This document shows positions 9,102 to 20,569 of a DNA stretch of 54,755 bases, piece by piece. Under the pieces are notes generated by a model, which worked only from the letters and a program-made list of their open reading frames with translations, ran no database searches and had not been told where the DNA came from. The position numbers and the translations under genes were made by a program. How positions within the stretch are numbered: position 1 is the stretch's first letter; the number at the start of each line of letters is the position of its first letter. Source of the DNA: Tubiluchus corallicola. Taxonomy: Eukaryota; Animalia; Priapulida. Where the stretch lies: NCBI GenBank assembly GCA_030141605.1, contig JAQGDQ010002421.1, forward strand, positions 1 through 54,755, in the 5' to 3' direction.

Positions 9102-9968
9102 TTGCAACTAAAAATTGTAGTGTTGTTATGCATAACTTGCACCCATGCTATTGCCCAACAATATTACACATTAGAAGGAAATGTAATACCAGAAAGTGGA
9201 AAAGGGAAAGAGACTTTAATTTTTATAGAGGAAGTAAATTGGTCTATCGCTACAGATGAAACGGGGTATTTTTCTGTTTCATTACCCATAGGAAACTACA
9301 CATTGCGAGTTGACGACAAGGGATTTAGTCTGTTTTCCCAACAAGTGGAACTTGATGAGAACAAAAATATCAATATAGAGTTGTTCGCATTAGGGGAAAA
9401 AAATAAAAACCAACAAACGGCAACATTAAAAGGTATTTTCGGAACAACATTTGGTTTTTCGACTCTCAAAGGCAATAGTGCGGTAATGTTAGGGATTGAG
9501 GCAGGAGTGACAATAAAAAACAGATATATATTATGTTTTCATGGAGAGGCTCTTGTTTCTCATATTGATTTTGAGGGCTATGCAGAACCCACCCTTTACG
9601 CAGTTGCTGATTTGACTACAACATTGGGAACCTCAGGAGTTAGCATAGGATATATCTTTTTTCCGTCAGGATTGTTCAATGTGCAGCTTTCGTCATCATT
9701 TTTTGGTATGGGTATAAGCACTAACATATCTGCGAATAAAAAACCTGAATACCAAGTTCCATATCCAAGTAGTAATGTGGAAAGAGGGTTGTTTTATCTT
9801 ACAAGACCCGCTGTTGGGTTGAATTATAATATAGCAAGCAAGTTATTTCTTAACGTTCAAGTAGGTTACTCAGTCATTATTAATGATCAACAACTCATCA
9901 ATTTACAGAAAGATGAATTATCAGGTTTTAATTTTAGCATAGGGATAAAGTTTATCAATCTAAAATAA
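9102..9968 (+). CDS. Secreted protein: carboxypeptidase-regulatory-like domain plus small OM beta-barrel-like domain
   Basis: TTG start with signal peptide. TLEG.V...TDETGYFSVSLPIGNYTLRV; beta-rich C-terminal half ending FSIGIKF. Confidence 0.55.
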   Translation: MQLKIVVLLCITCTHAIAQQYYTLEGNVIPESGKGKETLIFIEEVNWSIATDETGYFSVSLPIGNYTLRVDDKGFSLFSQQVELDENKNINIELFALGEKNKNQQTATLKGIFGTTFGFSTLKGNSAVMLGIEAGVTIKNRYILCFHGEALVSHIDFEGYAEPTLYAVADLTTTLGTSGVSIGYIFFPSGLFNVQLSSSFFGMGISTNISANKKPEYQVPYPSSNVERGLFYLTRPAVGLNYNIASKLFLNVQVGYSVIINDQQLINLQKDELSGFNFSIGIKFINLK

Positions 9969-10910
9969 GAAATATAAATACGTGCTATATGTCAAAAAAA
10001 TTATTATTGCGCCTATTTTTGAAAAAACTTTTTGGGAAATACTGTTCAAAAGAAGGAATGCTACAGTAAATAATAACATCCACCAAAAATCAAAACTTAA
10101 TATAGCAGCGTCAAATTGTATTGGTTTTGCGGTGCTTACCAGACCCAATACAAATAGTATATTGAAGATGTTTGAACCCAAAACTGTCCCTAAAATAATA
10201 TTTGATTCTTTTTTAATACTTGCTACAATAATTGTTATTAATTCAGGAAGACTAGTTCCTATTGCCACCAATGAAATCCCTATTATTCTTTCACTTACAG
10301 AGAAATGTTTGGCAATTTGTATAGAACTTTCAATACACCAATTTGCTCCATAATATAAGCCAATATTGGATAAAATTATTAAAACAGCATCTTTTGAAAA
10401 TTCCCAAAAAGAGCATTGCGTCTGTTTTTCTGGTGCATCTATTTTCTTTACTACATTATTTTTTCTCTTTTCCCTTTTAATTTTTATTACAATGTATGTT
10501 GTTAATAGCGTTACTAATACTCCTCCTTCTATGTTGCTAATGGTTCCATTTAGTCCAAATAAATAGAACAAGGCATAGGAGGAAAATAAGATTATCCATT
10601 CTAATGTTAAGACTCTATTCTTAATATTGATTGGAGAAATAAACATTCCAATTGTCAATATTAACCCCATATTGCAGATATTTGAACCTATAACATTTCC
10701 CAGTGAAATATTGGCGTTGCCTCTGAACGCCGATTCGGCACTTACAAAGAGTTCAGGTGAAGAAGTTCCAATAGCTATTACAGTTGCACTTATTATAAAT
10801 GGGGATATTTTTAACTTTTTGGATATTTTTATAGACGATATTACTAAGTAATTACCCGAAATAAATAGCAATCCCAGCCCTAATATCAAGTAAAACGTTG
10901 TTATCCACAT
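9960..10910 (-). CDS. Calcium/sodium antiporter (YrbG/CaCA family)
   Basis: Two alpha repeats, GTSSPELFVS...GNVIGSNICN and GTSLPEL...GTVLGSNIFN. Confidence 0.92.
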   Translation of the reverse strand: MWITTFYLILGLGLLFISGNYLVISSIKISKKLKISPFIISATVIAIGTSSPELFVSAESAFRGNANISLGNVIGSNICNMGLILTIGMFISPINIKNRVLTLEWIILFSSYALFYLFGLNGTISNIEGGVLVTLLTTYIVIKIKREKRKNNVVKKIDAPEKQTQCSFWEFSKDAVLIILSNIGLYYGANWCIESSIQIAKHFSVSERIIGISLVAIGTSLPELITIIVASIKKESNIILGTVLGSNIFNILFVLGLVSTAKPIQFDAAILSFDFWWMLLFTVAFLLLNSISQKVFSKIGAIIIFLTYSTYLYFLF

Positions 10911-10945
10911 ATATAATGAGAGTAAGCTAAGTGCATGTTTGAAAT

Positions 10946-11689
10946 CTAATTTATTATTTTCCCATCTTTTATCTCTAACATTCTATCAGATTTTTGAGCT
11001 AATTTTTGATTATGAGTTACAATAATAAATGTTTGTTTTAATTCTGATCTTAGTTTAAAAAACAGCTCATGTAGAGCTTCGGCATTATTAGAGTCCAAGT
11101 TTCCGCTAGGTTCATCTGCAAGCACTATTTTTGGGTTGTTGATGAGTGCTCTTGCTACGGCTGTACGTTGCTGCTCTCCCCCTGAAATTTCTGATGGTTT
11201 GCTGTTTTCTTTATGTTCTATGGATAATATTTTCATTAAGTTTTTTGCAGATTCGTGCAGCTCTTTTTTGTCCCTATGAGAAATGTACCCTGGCATACAA
11301 ATATTTTCTAAAACAGTAAATTCAGGTAATAAATTGTGAAATTGAAAAATAAACCCTATGAATTGGTTCCGTATTTTTGAGATGCTGGTATTTTCTGTGT
11401 GAGAAGAAAATAGTTTTTTTAAAAAACTATTGTTCATCTTATTAGGTGGGTTATTGGATATACCCCTTCCCATTTCTTTGAGGTTTTCTAAATGCACCCC
11501 ATCCAAGACAATTGTTCCACTATCTGGCTTTTCTAGTGTGCCAAGTATATGCAACAATGTACTTTTGCCTGCTCCAGAAGCTCCTATTATGGAGACAATT
11601 TCTTGCTTTTTAATGGCAATAGTCACATCTTTTAATACTTTCACATTGCCGTAGCTCTTGCTAATATTGTTCCCTTCAAGTATTTTCAT
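10946..11689 (-). CDS. lolD: LolD-like ABC transporter ATP-binding protein
   Basis: GASGAGKST, IGFIFQFHNLLPEFT, SGGEQQR, LADEPSGNLD, VTHN. Confidence 0.75.
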   Translation of the reverse strand: MKILEGNNISKSYGNVKVLKDVTIAIKKQEIVSIIGASGAGKSTLLHILGTLEKPDSGTIVLDGVHLENLKEMGRGISNNPPNKMNNSFLKKLFSSHTENTSISKIRNQFIGFIFQFHNLLPEFTVLENICMPGYISHRDKKELHESAKNLMKILSIEHKENSKPSEISGGEQQRTAVARALINNPKIVLADEPSGNLDSNNAEALHELFFKLRSELKQTFIIVTHNQKLAQKSDRMLEIKDGKIIN

Positions 11690-12440
11690 GTTTTTTGTTT
11701 TTTTGGCATTGTTTTATTCCATCCAAGATAGTCTTTTGTGATATTGCAATTAATTCACGTATGTTCTTTTCCGTGTATTTAGAGGTATCTATGGGAGGGT
11801 GTATTTTTAGCTTAACCACTCCGGGCAATAAATTAAGTGTTTTGTTAGGTAATATTTTTTCTGTCCCCACCATACTTATGGGTAAAATAGGAAGTTTTAA
11901 ATCCAATGCCATCATAAAAGCTCCTTTTTTAAATGGTCGCAAATTATCTATAGATTTTCCTCTTGACCCTTCTGGGAAAAAAACAACAGACACCCCATCT
12001 TTTATCTTATCTTTGTTTTTTTCAAGAGACAACTTAGCGTCTTTTGACCTTTTTCTATCTATCATTATATGTCCGACACGCTTGCTTCCCCATCCTAAAC
12101 CTGGTATTTTCGCCAATTCTTTTTTCATCACCCATCTAAAATTTATCAAAAGTTTTGCATATAATATGAAAATATCAAAACCGCTAATATGATTGGAAAT
12201 CACAACATATGATTGCTTTTTAACAATATTTTCTTTGCCTTCTACCTTAACAAATACAGGAGTAATTAATAGTGTGAGCAATGCCCATGAATATCCCGAA
12301 CACCAGTGTAAAACTTTTTGTGATACAAAAAGCCCTAAAACAAGTGCTAATGTGCCAAAAAACAGCGTACTTATTGCCATGATGGGAAAGATCACAAGCC
12401 ATTTGTATGGCTGATACATTAAAATAGCTATTTTTTTCAT
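11676..12440 (-). CDS. plsC: 1-acyl-sn-glycerol-3-phosphate acyltransferase
   Basis: NHISGFD, KKEL, IDR, FFPEGSR, PFKKGAF motifs. Confidence 0.85.
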   Translation of the reverse strand: MKKIAILMYQPYKWLVIFPIMAISTLFFGTLALVLGLFVSQKVLHWCSGYSWALLTLLITPVFVKVEGKENIVKKQSYVVISNHISGFDIFILYAKLLINFRWVMKKELAKIPGLGWGSKRVGHIMIDRKRSKDAKLSLEKNKDKIKDGVSVVFFPEGSRGKSIDNLRPFKKGAFMMALDLKLPILPISMVGTEKILPNKTLNLLPGVVKLKIHPPIDTSKYTEKNIRELIAISQKTILDGIKQCQKNKKHENT

Positions 12441-12682
12441 ATTAACTTCTAAGTTTAATTATAATTAAATTTAATTCTTTAAAATTCATCACTCAAAATT
12501 AAGCTTATTTAACTTAAAAAGTAAAAATATATTAACAAAAACACACATGTATAACTAAACTATATAATAAATAATGAGCCTGATAGAGCAAAAAATATAA
12601 AAAGAATTTGATTATGTTTGATAAACACACTAATTTTAACAATTATTTGTAGTCAAATAATGCAGATGAACTTAAAGCAAAT

Positions 12683-13312
12683 ATGGATCAATATCCTTCT
12701 AAAATTTTAGAAAACGCAATAGAACAAATATCTAAGCTACCAGGAATAGGGAAAAAAACGGCTTTGCGTTTGGCTTTGTATTTGCTGAAAAACGAAAAAA
12801 AATTTACATTTGAGCTTGCAGAAGCATTGGTAGATTTGCGCGCTAAAACAAAGCATTGCAGTGTTTGCCATATCATTTCTAATAGCGAAGAGTGTACTTG
12901 TGAATCTATCAACAAAGATACATCTCTGTTGTGTGTAGTAGAAGATACGCCTGATGCAATAGCCATACAAAACACAGCACAGTTTAATGGTTATTTTCAC
13001 ATATTGGGCGGGCTGATTTCTCCTATGGATGGGGTGGGGCCAAATGATATCAATATAGAATCTTTAATAAAAAGAGTAAGTGTTTTAAAACCAACCATCA
13101 AAGAGGTTATTTTTGCTCTTAGTCCGACAATGGAAGGTGACACTACGGCTTTTTATATTGCTAAACAGTTGGCATCATATAATTTGAAGATATCTGCAGT
13201 GGCAAGGGGAATTCCTTTGGGACGCAACATAGAATATACTGATGAAATGACGTTAGGGAGAAGTATTGTGCATAGAATGGAATATGAATTTGATACTATC
13301 GAAACAAATTAG
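12683..13312 (+). CDS. recR: Recombination mediator RecR
   Basis: LPGIGKKTALRLA, Cys cluster, LCVVE, LGGLISPMDG, TMEGDTTA, EYTDEMTL. Confidence 0.96.
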   Translation: MDQYPSKILENAIEQISKLPGIGKKTALRLALYLLKNEKKFTFELAEALVDLRAKTKHCSVCHIISNSEECTCESINKDTSLLCVVEDTPDAIAIQNTAQFNGYFHILGGLISPMDGVGPNDINIESLIKRVSVLKPTIKEVIFALSPTMEGDTTAFYIAKQLASYNLKISAVARGIPLGRNIEYTDEMTLGRSIVHRMEYEFDTIETN

Positions 13313-13348
13313 ATTATTTTGGTGAAATATATAATTTATTAATAAAAA

Positions 13349-14110
13349 ATGAGAAAAAAAATAGTAGCAGGCAATTGGAAAATGAACAAAAACCTGCAAG
13401 AAGGCGAAAATTTAGCATCAGAAATAACAACTGTTTTTAAAAATGAAGTACACAATGGAGCTATAGCTGTGTTATGTCCGCCATTTATTCATTTAAGCAG
13501 CATAGCATCTATAATTGATGGAGTTAAAAACTTGCATTTGGGTGCGCAAAATTGTAACAACAATTTGTCGGGAGCTTTTACAGGTGAGATTTCTGTAGAA
13601 ATGTTAAAATCTGTGGGCGTTAACCACGTGATTATTGGTCATAGTGAAAGAAGAGAATATTACAAAGAAGAAAATGATTTTTTGGCCAAAAAAGTAGATA
13701 CTGCACTGGAAGCAGGAGTAACACCTATCTTTTGTTGTGGGGAGACACTGCAGGTGAGAGAGAGTAACAAACATTTTAGTTTTGTTGCAAACCAACTAAG
13801 TGAAAGTTTGTTTCATCTTGACAAAAATCAAATAGCAAAGTTAGTAATAGCGTATGAGCCTATTTGGGCTATTGGCACAGGAAAAACAGCCTCTTCACTA
13901 CAGGCACAAGAAATGCATGAACACATAAGAAAGCATATTGCAGGGACGTATGGCAGTGCAATAGCTGAAAAAATTTCTATACTATACGGCGGAAGTTGTA
14001 ACCCAACTAATGCAAAGGAAATATTTTCAGGAAAAGATGTAGATGGAGGATTGATTGGAGGAGCATCTTTAAAGACGCAGGACTTTATAAGCATACTACA
14101 AGCGTTTTAA
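13349..14110 (+). CDS. tpiA: Triosephosphate isomerase
   Basis: AGNWKMN, GHSERR, AYEPIWAIGTG, LYGGS, DGGLIGGASL. Confidence 0.98.
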   Translation: MRKKIVAGNWKMNKNLQEGENLASEITTVFKNEVHNGAIAVLCPPFIHLSSIASIIDGVKNLHLGAQNCNNNLSGAFTGEISVEMLKSVGVNHVIIGHSERREYYKEENDFLAKKVDTALEAGVTPIFCCGETLQVRESNKHFSFVANQLSESLFHLDKNQIAKLVIAYEPIWAIGTGKTASSLQAQEMHEHIRKHIAGTYGSAIAEKISILYGGSCNPTNAKEIFSGKDVDGGLIGGASLKTQDFISILQAF

Positions 14111-14244
14111 TAGAGTAATTGTAATTTGTTTGTAAGGAATTGAAAGCCAACAAGTTATAAGGCCCTTGTTAATTTGCACACGTCCTTACTACTAATAATT
14201 TGATATGGTTTTGTATAAGAAGTCAATGGCATTATAAAATGTTA

Positions 14245-15555
14245 ATGAAAGCGTTAAAATTTGGAGGGACATCAGTAGGCACGCCTGAAAGCATGAGAAA
14301 GGTAGTTCAAATAGTTACACAAGGCGATCCGAAAATTGTTGTATTATCTGCATTATCTACTGTAACAAACTCATTGGCAGAAATAGTAGAGTACCTATAT
14401 CATCAGCAAATTGATGAGGCGAGTGATAAGATTGACGCCTTGAAGCAACATCATATTAGTTTTTGCAACAATTTATTTAAAAGCAAGGAAAAACTTCATG
14501 AAGCAGTTGCCTATGTAAACTCTGTTTCACAATACATAAGTGAGTTTTTGAAAGTTTCCTCTTTTTCTGAAAAAGAAGAGAAAGAAGTACTAGCACAGGG
14601 AGAAATACTTTCCACAAATATTTTTCAAAAGTGTTTGGAAGAAACAGAGCATAGCTCTATGCTTATTTCTGCTTATGACCTGATAAGGTTGACAGAAGAT
14701 CAAAAACCAGACATAGGCTTTACGGAGCGAAGCTTAAAGAAAATATTAGATAAAAACAGCTCATGCAATTTATTTATTACCCAAGGCTTTATTTGTTTAA
14801 ACTCAAAAGAAGAAGTGGACAACTTAGAAAGAGGAGGTAGCGACTATACAGTTTCTATTTTAGGATCAGCAATGCGGTCTGATGTGATAGAAATTTGGAC
14901 AGATATTGATGGCATGCACAATAGCGACCCAAGGTATGTGAAAAACACATTTCCTGTGGCACAGTTATCTTTTCATGAAGCTTCGGAGTTGGCATATTTT
15001 GGAGCAAAAATATTGCATCCACTATCAATATTGCCAGCGCAAAAAAAGAACATACCCGTTCGGCTAAGAAACACAATGCAACCCAATGCCAAAGGAACGA
15101 CAATAAATAATATTGATAAAGAAGGGATAAAATCTGTTGCCGCCAAAGACAACATTATAGCTATTAAAATAAAGTCAGCGCGCATGTTGTTGGCATGTGG
15201 TTTTTTAAAGCAAATGTTTGATGTTTTTGAAAAATACCAAACCCCAATAGATATGATAACTACTTCGGAAGTAGCAGTCTCTTTGACTATTGATAATGAT
15301 AGATATCTTAAAGAAATAGTAGAATATTTGAATGATTTTGGTGAGGTGATTATTGACAAAGATCAAACAATTATATGTGTGGTGGGAAATAAGATAGTAG
15401 CCAAAAAAGGTATCGTACAAAAAATATTTGATGCTCTATTTGATATACCCGTACGAATGATTTCTTATGGAGGCAGTGCATATAATATTTCTTTACTTGT
15501 TGACACTAAAAATAAAAAAGAAGCCTTACAACAACTCAACAAATATTTATTTTAA
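14245..15555 (+). CDS. lysC: Aspartate kinase
   Basis: KFGGTSVG, RGGSDYT, WTDIDG, ELAYFGAKILHP, ACT domains (DMITTSEVAVSLT). Start is the ATG at 14245 or 14239. Confidence 0.93.
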   Translation: MKALKFGGTSVGTPESMRKVVQIVTQGDPKIVVLSALSTVTNSLAEIVEYLYHQQIDEASDKIDALKQHHISFCNNLFKSKEKLHEAVAYVNSVSQYISEFLKVSSFSEKEEKEVLAQGEILSTNIFQKCLEETEHSSMLISAYDLIRLTEDQKPDIGFTERSLKKILDKNSSCNLFITQGFICLNSKEEVDNLERGGSDYTVSILGSAMRSDVIEIWTDIDGMHNSDPRYVKNTFPVAQLSFHEASELAYFGAKILHPLSILPAQKKNIPVRLRNTMQPNAKGTTINNIDKEGIKSVAAKDNIIAIKIKSARMLLACGFLKQMFDVFEKYQTPIDMITTSEVAVSLTIDNDRYLKEIVEYLNDFGEVIIDKDQTIICVVGNKIVAKKGIVQKIFDALFDIPVRMISYGGSAYNISLLVDTKNKKEALQQLNKYLF

Positions 15556-15588
15556 AAGCTTATTACCAAAAGAATAAGTACAATTTTT

Positions 15589-15596
15589 TACCTTTG
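15589..15596 (+). promoter_or_regulatory. Bacteroidota -7 promoter element
   Basis: TACCTTTG about 20 nt before the ATG at 15616. Confidence 0.5.
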
Positions 15597-15615
15597 TCTC
15601 AAGGAGTCTGTATAT

Positions 15616-18594
15616 ATGAAAGAGTTAAATTTTTGGAAAGCGTGGCAAAAACCCTATAAGCAAATATATGTTCTTTTATTAAGTTCATTTTTTGGGCTGA
15701 TAGTATTGGGATTCATATTGCGTTATACAGGAGATTTAATAGTATACCCATGGCAGGTTGAGCAAACGATAAAAGAAGTAGAAGTCCCCTCATTATCTTT
15801 TTCTATTGCAGAAGAAGAGGTATATGTGCCAGTAAAAAATTACGCTCTATTGCAAGCATATCAAGCGGGTATTTTTGTGCTTAATCCATTAATAACATAT
15901 ACTTATTTGCTTGTTTTTGCTGCGATACTATTGATTATATTTACTTGCATTACCTTCTTGAAGGATTTTTGGTTTTATCTTGGTTTAGCTTTTTTTGTTA
16001 TTGTGGGGGCACTGCTACGATTAGACAGTGTTACGTTATTTGGTGTTGCTAATGTTAGATGGGCTTTTATATTATTTTTAGCACTTTATTTGCCAGTTGC
16101 TTATTATTTCTATGCATTCAAGGTGTTGACTTCATTCATACTGCGTTATTTAGCATTTATTAGCATTACTGCGCTCTATTCGTTGGTGATATATTTCTTT
16201 TCAGAATCTACTACTCCTTTCTTATATATTGCCCACTATGGCATATATGCTCCGATGTTTCTGGCATTAGTATTTTTGTTGCTTATTGGGCATGAAATTA
16301 TTACTTTTTTTGTATATCTTGTTGCAGGGCACTCAAATAGAGGAAGAAAAAGCTTTCTTCATTTTATCATAATAAGCTTCTTTTTTTTGTTGAATGTACT
16401 GCTTGTTTATTTATCTAAACGTAAAATAATATCGTTTGAAATTATATTAATAGATGCTTTTGCTCTTTTCATAATAGCCTCTATAATAGGAATATGGACA
16501 ATAAAAAAACGTGAGACATCATATAAAGATGCTTTTGCCTTTTATCCTTTTGGAGGCATTTTGTATCTTTGCTTAGGCATTATATCCATTATGTTGTTGA
16601 CGTATTTTTTTATTGTGGGCAATGACTCAGGTGTTAGTGCATTTGAAGATGCAGTATTATATACTAATTGGGGTTTAGTGCCATGTTTTTATTCTATGTA
16701 ACAGTTAATTTTGGAGAATATTTTTTGAAAAACCTTCCAATATATAAAGTACTTTTTAACCCTAAAATAGTTCCTTATTTTAGTATTAGAATGGCTGGTG
16801 CAGTGGCCGCGGTGGCGATATTTTACAGTTCAGGAACTTTGATGTATCATAGAGCAATAGCAAGCAACTACCTTTTATTGGCAGACACTTTTTGGCATAA
16901 TGACGAGAGCTTATCAGCCAAAAGATTTTATGAAGAAGCCATTAAGTATGACTTTATGACTTATAAAGCAAACTATTCGTTGGCAATGCTTGAACAACAA
17001 CAGAGCAAGAGATCTTCGCAAAGCATAGAGAATTTCTTTTCTAATGCTATTAAGAAGAAGCCTACCGAACAAGTATTTGTAAATTTTGCTAATGCATATT
17101 TAAGAACAAATAATTTCTTTGAAGCACTGTTTGTTTTACAAAAGGGATTAAAGCATTATCCTGATAGTTATTATTTGCAAAACAATTTAGGTTTGTTATA
17201 TGGTCAATCAGATGTAATAGACTCTGCATTTTATTATTTGCGACAAGCATCAATATTAAAACCAGATAAAGGAGTAGCAGAAGCTAATATATATGGATTA
17301 ATTGCTAGCAAGCAACTATTTGACATTGTGGACTTCCCTCCCTATCAACCTGAAATTGGGAAATATACCCCGTATCTCAATAACTATGTAGTGTGGGCAA
17401 ACTATAAGAGAGAAAGAACCAATATTTTGTCCCACCATCTGCCTGAAAAAATTAAAAATTTAGAATTATCAGAATTTTTACTTTATGCCAACATGTTATT
17501 TCAAGACCAATATGTTAGCCTAAAACAAGACTATCAAACACAAATTAAAGGCTTTTGCGAGACATCCTTAGATGATACTTTTTTTTGTGATATATTAGAA
17601 TATTCTGGAGCTATAGCCTCCATTTCTCAACGAAAATATATGCAAGGTTTAGACAAACTTAAAGCGCTTAGGATTAACTCGGATATTATTAATATGGTTG
17701 GGGGGTATTCTGCTTTACAAGAAAACGCTCCCCATACTGCAATAGAATATTTAGAAAATGTGAGCATGCCTAATAAAAAATTGACACACATTCCGCTATT
17801 GAAAGCATACCAGCAGGTGGGAGCATTCGAAGAAGTAGGGTTATTATTAGACTCTGCAAAAGACAGATACAATGTAAATGATGCAGTAACCTCGTTATTT
17901 GTAGAGGAGTATGATTCCAAGTGACATTTGGAAGGTTGCGTATATTCAAGCATGTATTGAGCATCAATTTATAGCATTAGAAGAGGTAGAGGAAATAATA
18001 AATACTATGCAAGATAGCACGCACAAAATTCAAGCTCAATTAGAGCTGTTGAAATTGCAATATGAAAGGGGAAAAGTGAATGAAGTAGAGCATCTTGTTG
18101 ATGCCATTTTAAATAGTAGTAATTTCTCTCAACATCCTGTGTGGTTGAAAAACAAAGTTATATCTACTGTTGCTGACATTTATATCCAGCAAGGCAACTA
18201 TGTAAAGTTACAAAAGATTTTAGGCGAAAATGAGAAAAGCAATTCCCAAGAAATGATTTTATTGAAGGCAGTGCTGTTGGTTAAAGAAGGAAATAGGGCA
18301 GAGGCGGCGCAGATTTTTGAGACTTTGGCTAATGAAAATCCTTTTTTTGAACAAGCAATTATACAAGCAACGAGATTTTTTATTGAACAACAAGAAGATA
18401 GTAAAGCTTATAGTATTATGCAGCAGGCAATAAAAGTAAATACTAAATCTAAAAATTTAACTATTGCCTTTATAGACCTTTGTTATGAGTTAGGGATTTT
18501 GGGGTATGCCAAAGCGGCAATTAACACCTTGAAGGAAAATTTCCACCCTTCTTATTATCAGTCGGTTAAAGAAAAACACAATTTAAGAATGTAA
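15616..18594 (+). CDS. Large multi-TM plus TPR membrane protein, split into three ORFs by apparent frameshifts (~16665, ~17915)
   Basis: Overlapping ORFs 15616-16701, 16668-17924 and 17911-18594 run on as TM helices then TPR-like helices (NNLGLLY, ANYSLA). Small indels restore a single frame. Confidence 0.65.
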
Positions 18595-18601
18595 ACTGTT
18601 T

Positions 18602-20388
18602 TCAGTGACTTTTTTTAATGTTTGTTTGTGCCTCATAGAGCTGTTTGTATGCCCCATTACTTTTTAGCAAAGAGTTATGAGTTCCTCTCTCTATAATTTC
18701 TCCGTTATCCATTACCAAAATCTCATTGGCAAGTTTTGCAGATGAAACTCTGTGAGACATAATGATAGAGGTGCGATTTTTCATTATGTCTTTCATTTTA
18801 TTAAGAATAATATTTTCTGTTTTAGTGTCCAAAGCAGAAAAGCAATCATCTAATATTAATATGTTAGGTTGCCGTACAATTGCCCTTGCAATAGATAATC
18901 TGTTTTTGCCCTCCTGATAGCATTGACTCCTCGCTCCCCAATCATGGTATCAAATTTATTGGGCAATTGCATAATTTCTTCATATAAATGAGCATTTTTA
19001 GATGCTTCTATGATATCATGTTTTTTTGCATTTTTTAACCCAAATTGAATGTTATTATAGATGGTATCAGAAAAAAGGAATACATCTTGTGTAACATAGC
19101 CAATTTGCTTTCTCAACTTTTGAGGAGAATAGTCCTTAATATCAATGTGGTCTATTAGTATATCTCCTTTCTTGGCATCTATAAGGCGGCAAATAATGTT
19201 GGCAATAGTACTTTTTCCAGATCCTGTACTACCTATAATGGCCAAAGATTTCCCTGCTTTGATGTTGAAAGATATATTTTTTATTGCTGTGACACCCGAG
19301 TACTGATAGGTAAGGCTTACATTCTGGAAATTTATTTCACCCGTTATTTTTTTATCTATGTTTTTTAGTGATATGATATCATTTTTTGCCTTTAAAAAAT
19401 TATTAATTCGCTTTTGAGATGCCTCTGCTTGTTGTGTTATACTTGTTATCCAACCTAAGGAGGTTACAGGCCAGATTAATATGTTGACATACATGATAAA
19501 TTCCGCAATATTTCCTAATGTTAAATTGCCATCAATAACTTCTTTGCCACCCACAAAAACCACAATGATTAGACTTAATCCTATGAGCAACATCACTATT
19601 GGAAAAAATAAAGCATCAATTTTTGCCAATCGTAGAGAGTGATATTTATACTCATCATTTTTTTTTGAAAAATTGTTAAGAGAAATACGCTCTACAGAAA
19701 ATGCTTTAATAATTCTAATCCCAGAAAAAGCTTCTTGCACAAAAGTAGAGAGTTCGGATAGTTTATTTTGCACTCGCTCAGAGCAGCGGTTGATGATATG
19801 GGTTACGAAATATATAATTATGGATAAAACAGGTAAAGGAATTAAGGCATATAAAGTAAGTTTGACATTTATAGAAAGCATAATGGGAAAAAGAATAACA
19901 AAAAGAATGATCATATTTAAGCCATACATCAAAGCAGGACCTACATACATTCTTACTTTGCTTACATCTTCTGATATCCTAGCTATCATATCGCCTGTGT
20001 TGTTTACATTGTAGAAACTTGTTGGCAACTGTTGATAGTGTTCATATATTTCGTTTTTCAAATCATACTCTATGCGCCTTGACATTACAATGATGGTTTG
20101 CCGCACTAAGAATAAGAAAAAACCTCTGAGAAGTGTTATCCCTAAAATTAGGGCTACATAAATAAGTATATTTTTGTTAATAGTTGCTTCTAATAATGCT
20201 CTTGCGGTGTCATTTTCTATGAAGCTGCTATATTTTTTTATGTTTTTAGCAATTAAATCTAACGATTGACGAATTAACTGAATAGGGATTATTTGAAATA
20301 TAGACGATATGATTATAAAAACCACACCTAAGATTAGGTGCCATTTATAACGGCGAAGATATTTGTTTAGATGCTTTAATTCTTTCAA
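18602..20388 (-). CDS. ABC exporter (fused TMD-NBD, MdlA/MsbA-like), frameshifted near 18900-18925
   Basis: Probable TTG start at 20388 (LKELKHLNKY). TGD..ARI..D, GSTGSGKST. The signature GERGV.LSGGQKQRLSIARA..P.ILILDDCFSALD is recoverable across two indels. Confidence 0.85.
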
Positions 20389-20418
20389 AAGAATGGCGAT
20401 TTTGTTGTCAATTGCAAG

Positions 20419-20426
20419 CAAAGATA
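20419..20426 (-). promoter_or_regulatory. Bacteroidota -7 promoter element
   Basis: TATCTTTG on the minus strand ~30 nt upstream of the proposed TTG at 20388, which supports that start. Confidence 0.5.
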
Positions 20427-20569
20427 TGAAATTAATGTTCAATAAAAAAATAGAAGTAATAAACTGTAATAAAGAACACAAGGGATTATTTTTTTAAATA
20501 TGTTTTTTAGAGAGTGCTAAATTTTATGAAAAATTATTGATACTTTTGTTAAAAAATAGATATAGTATT

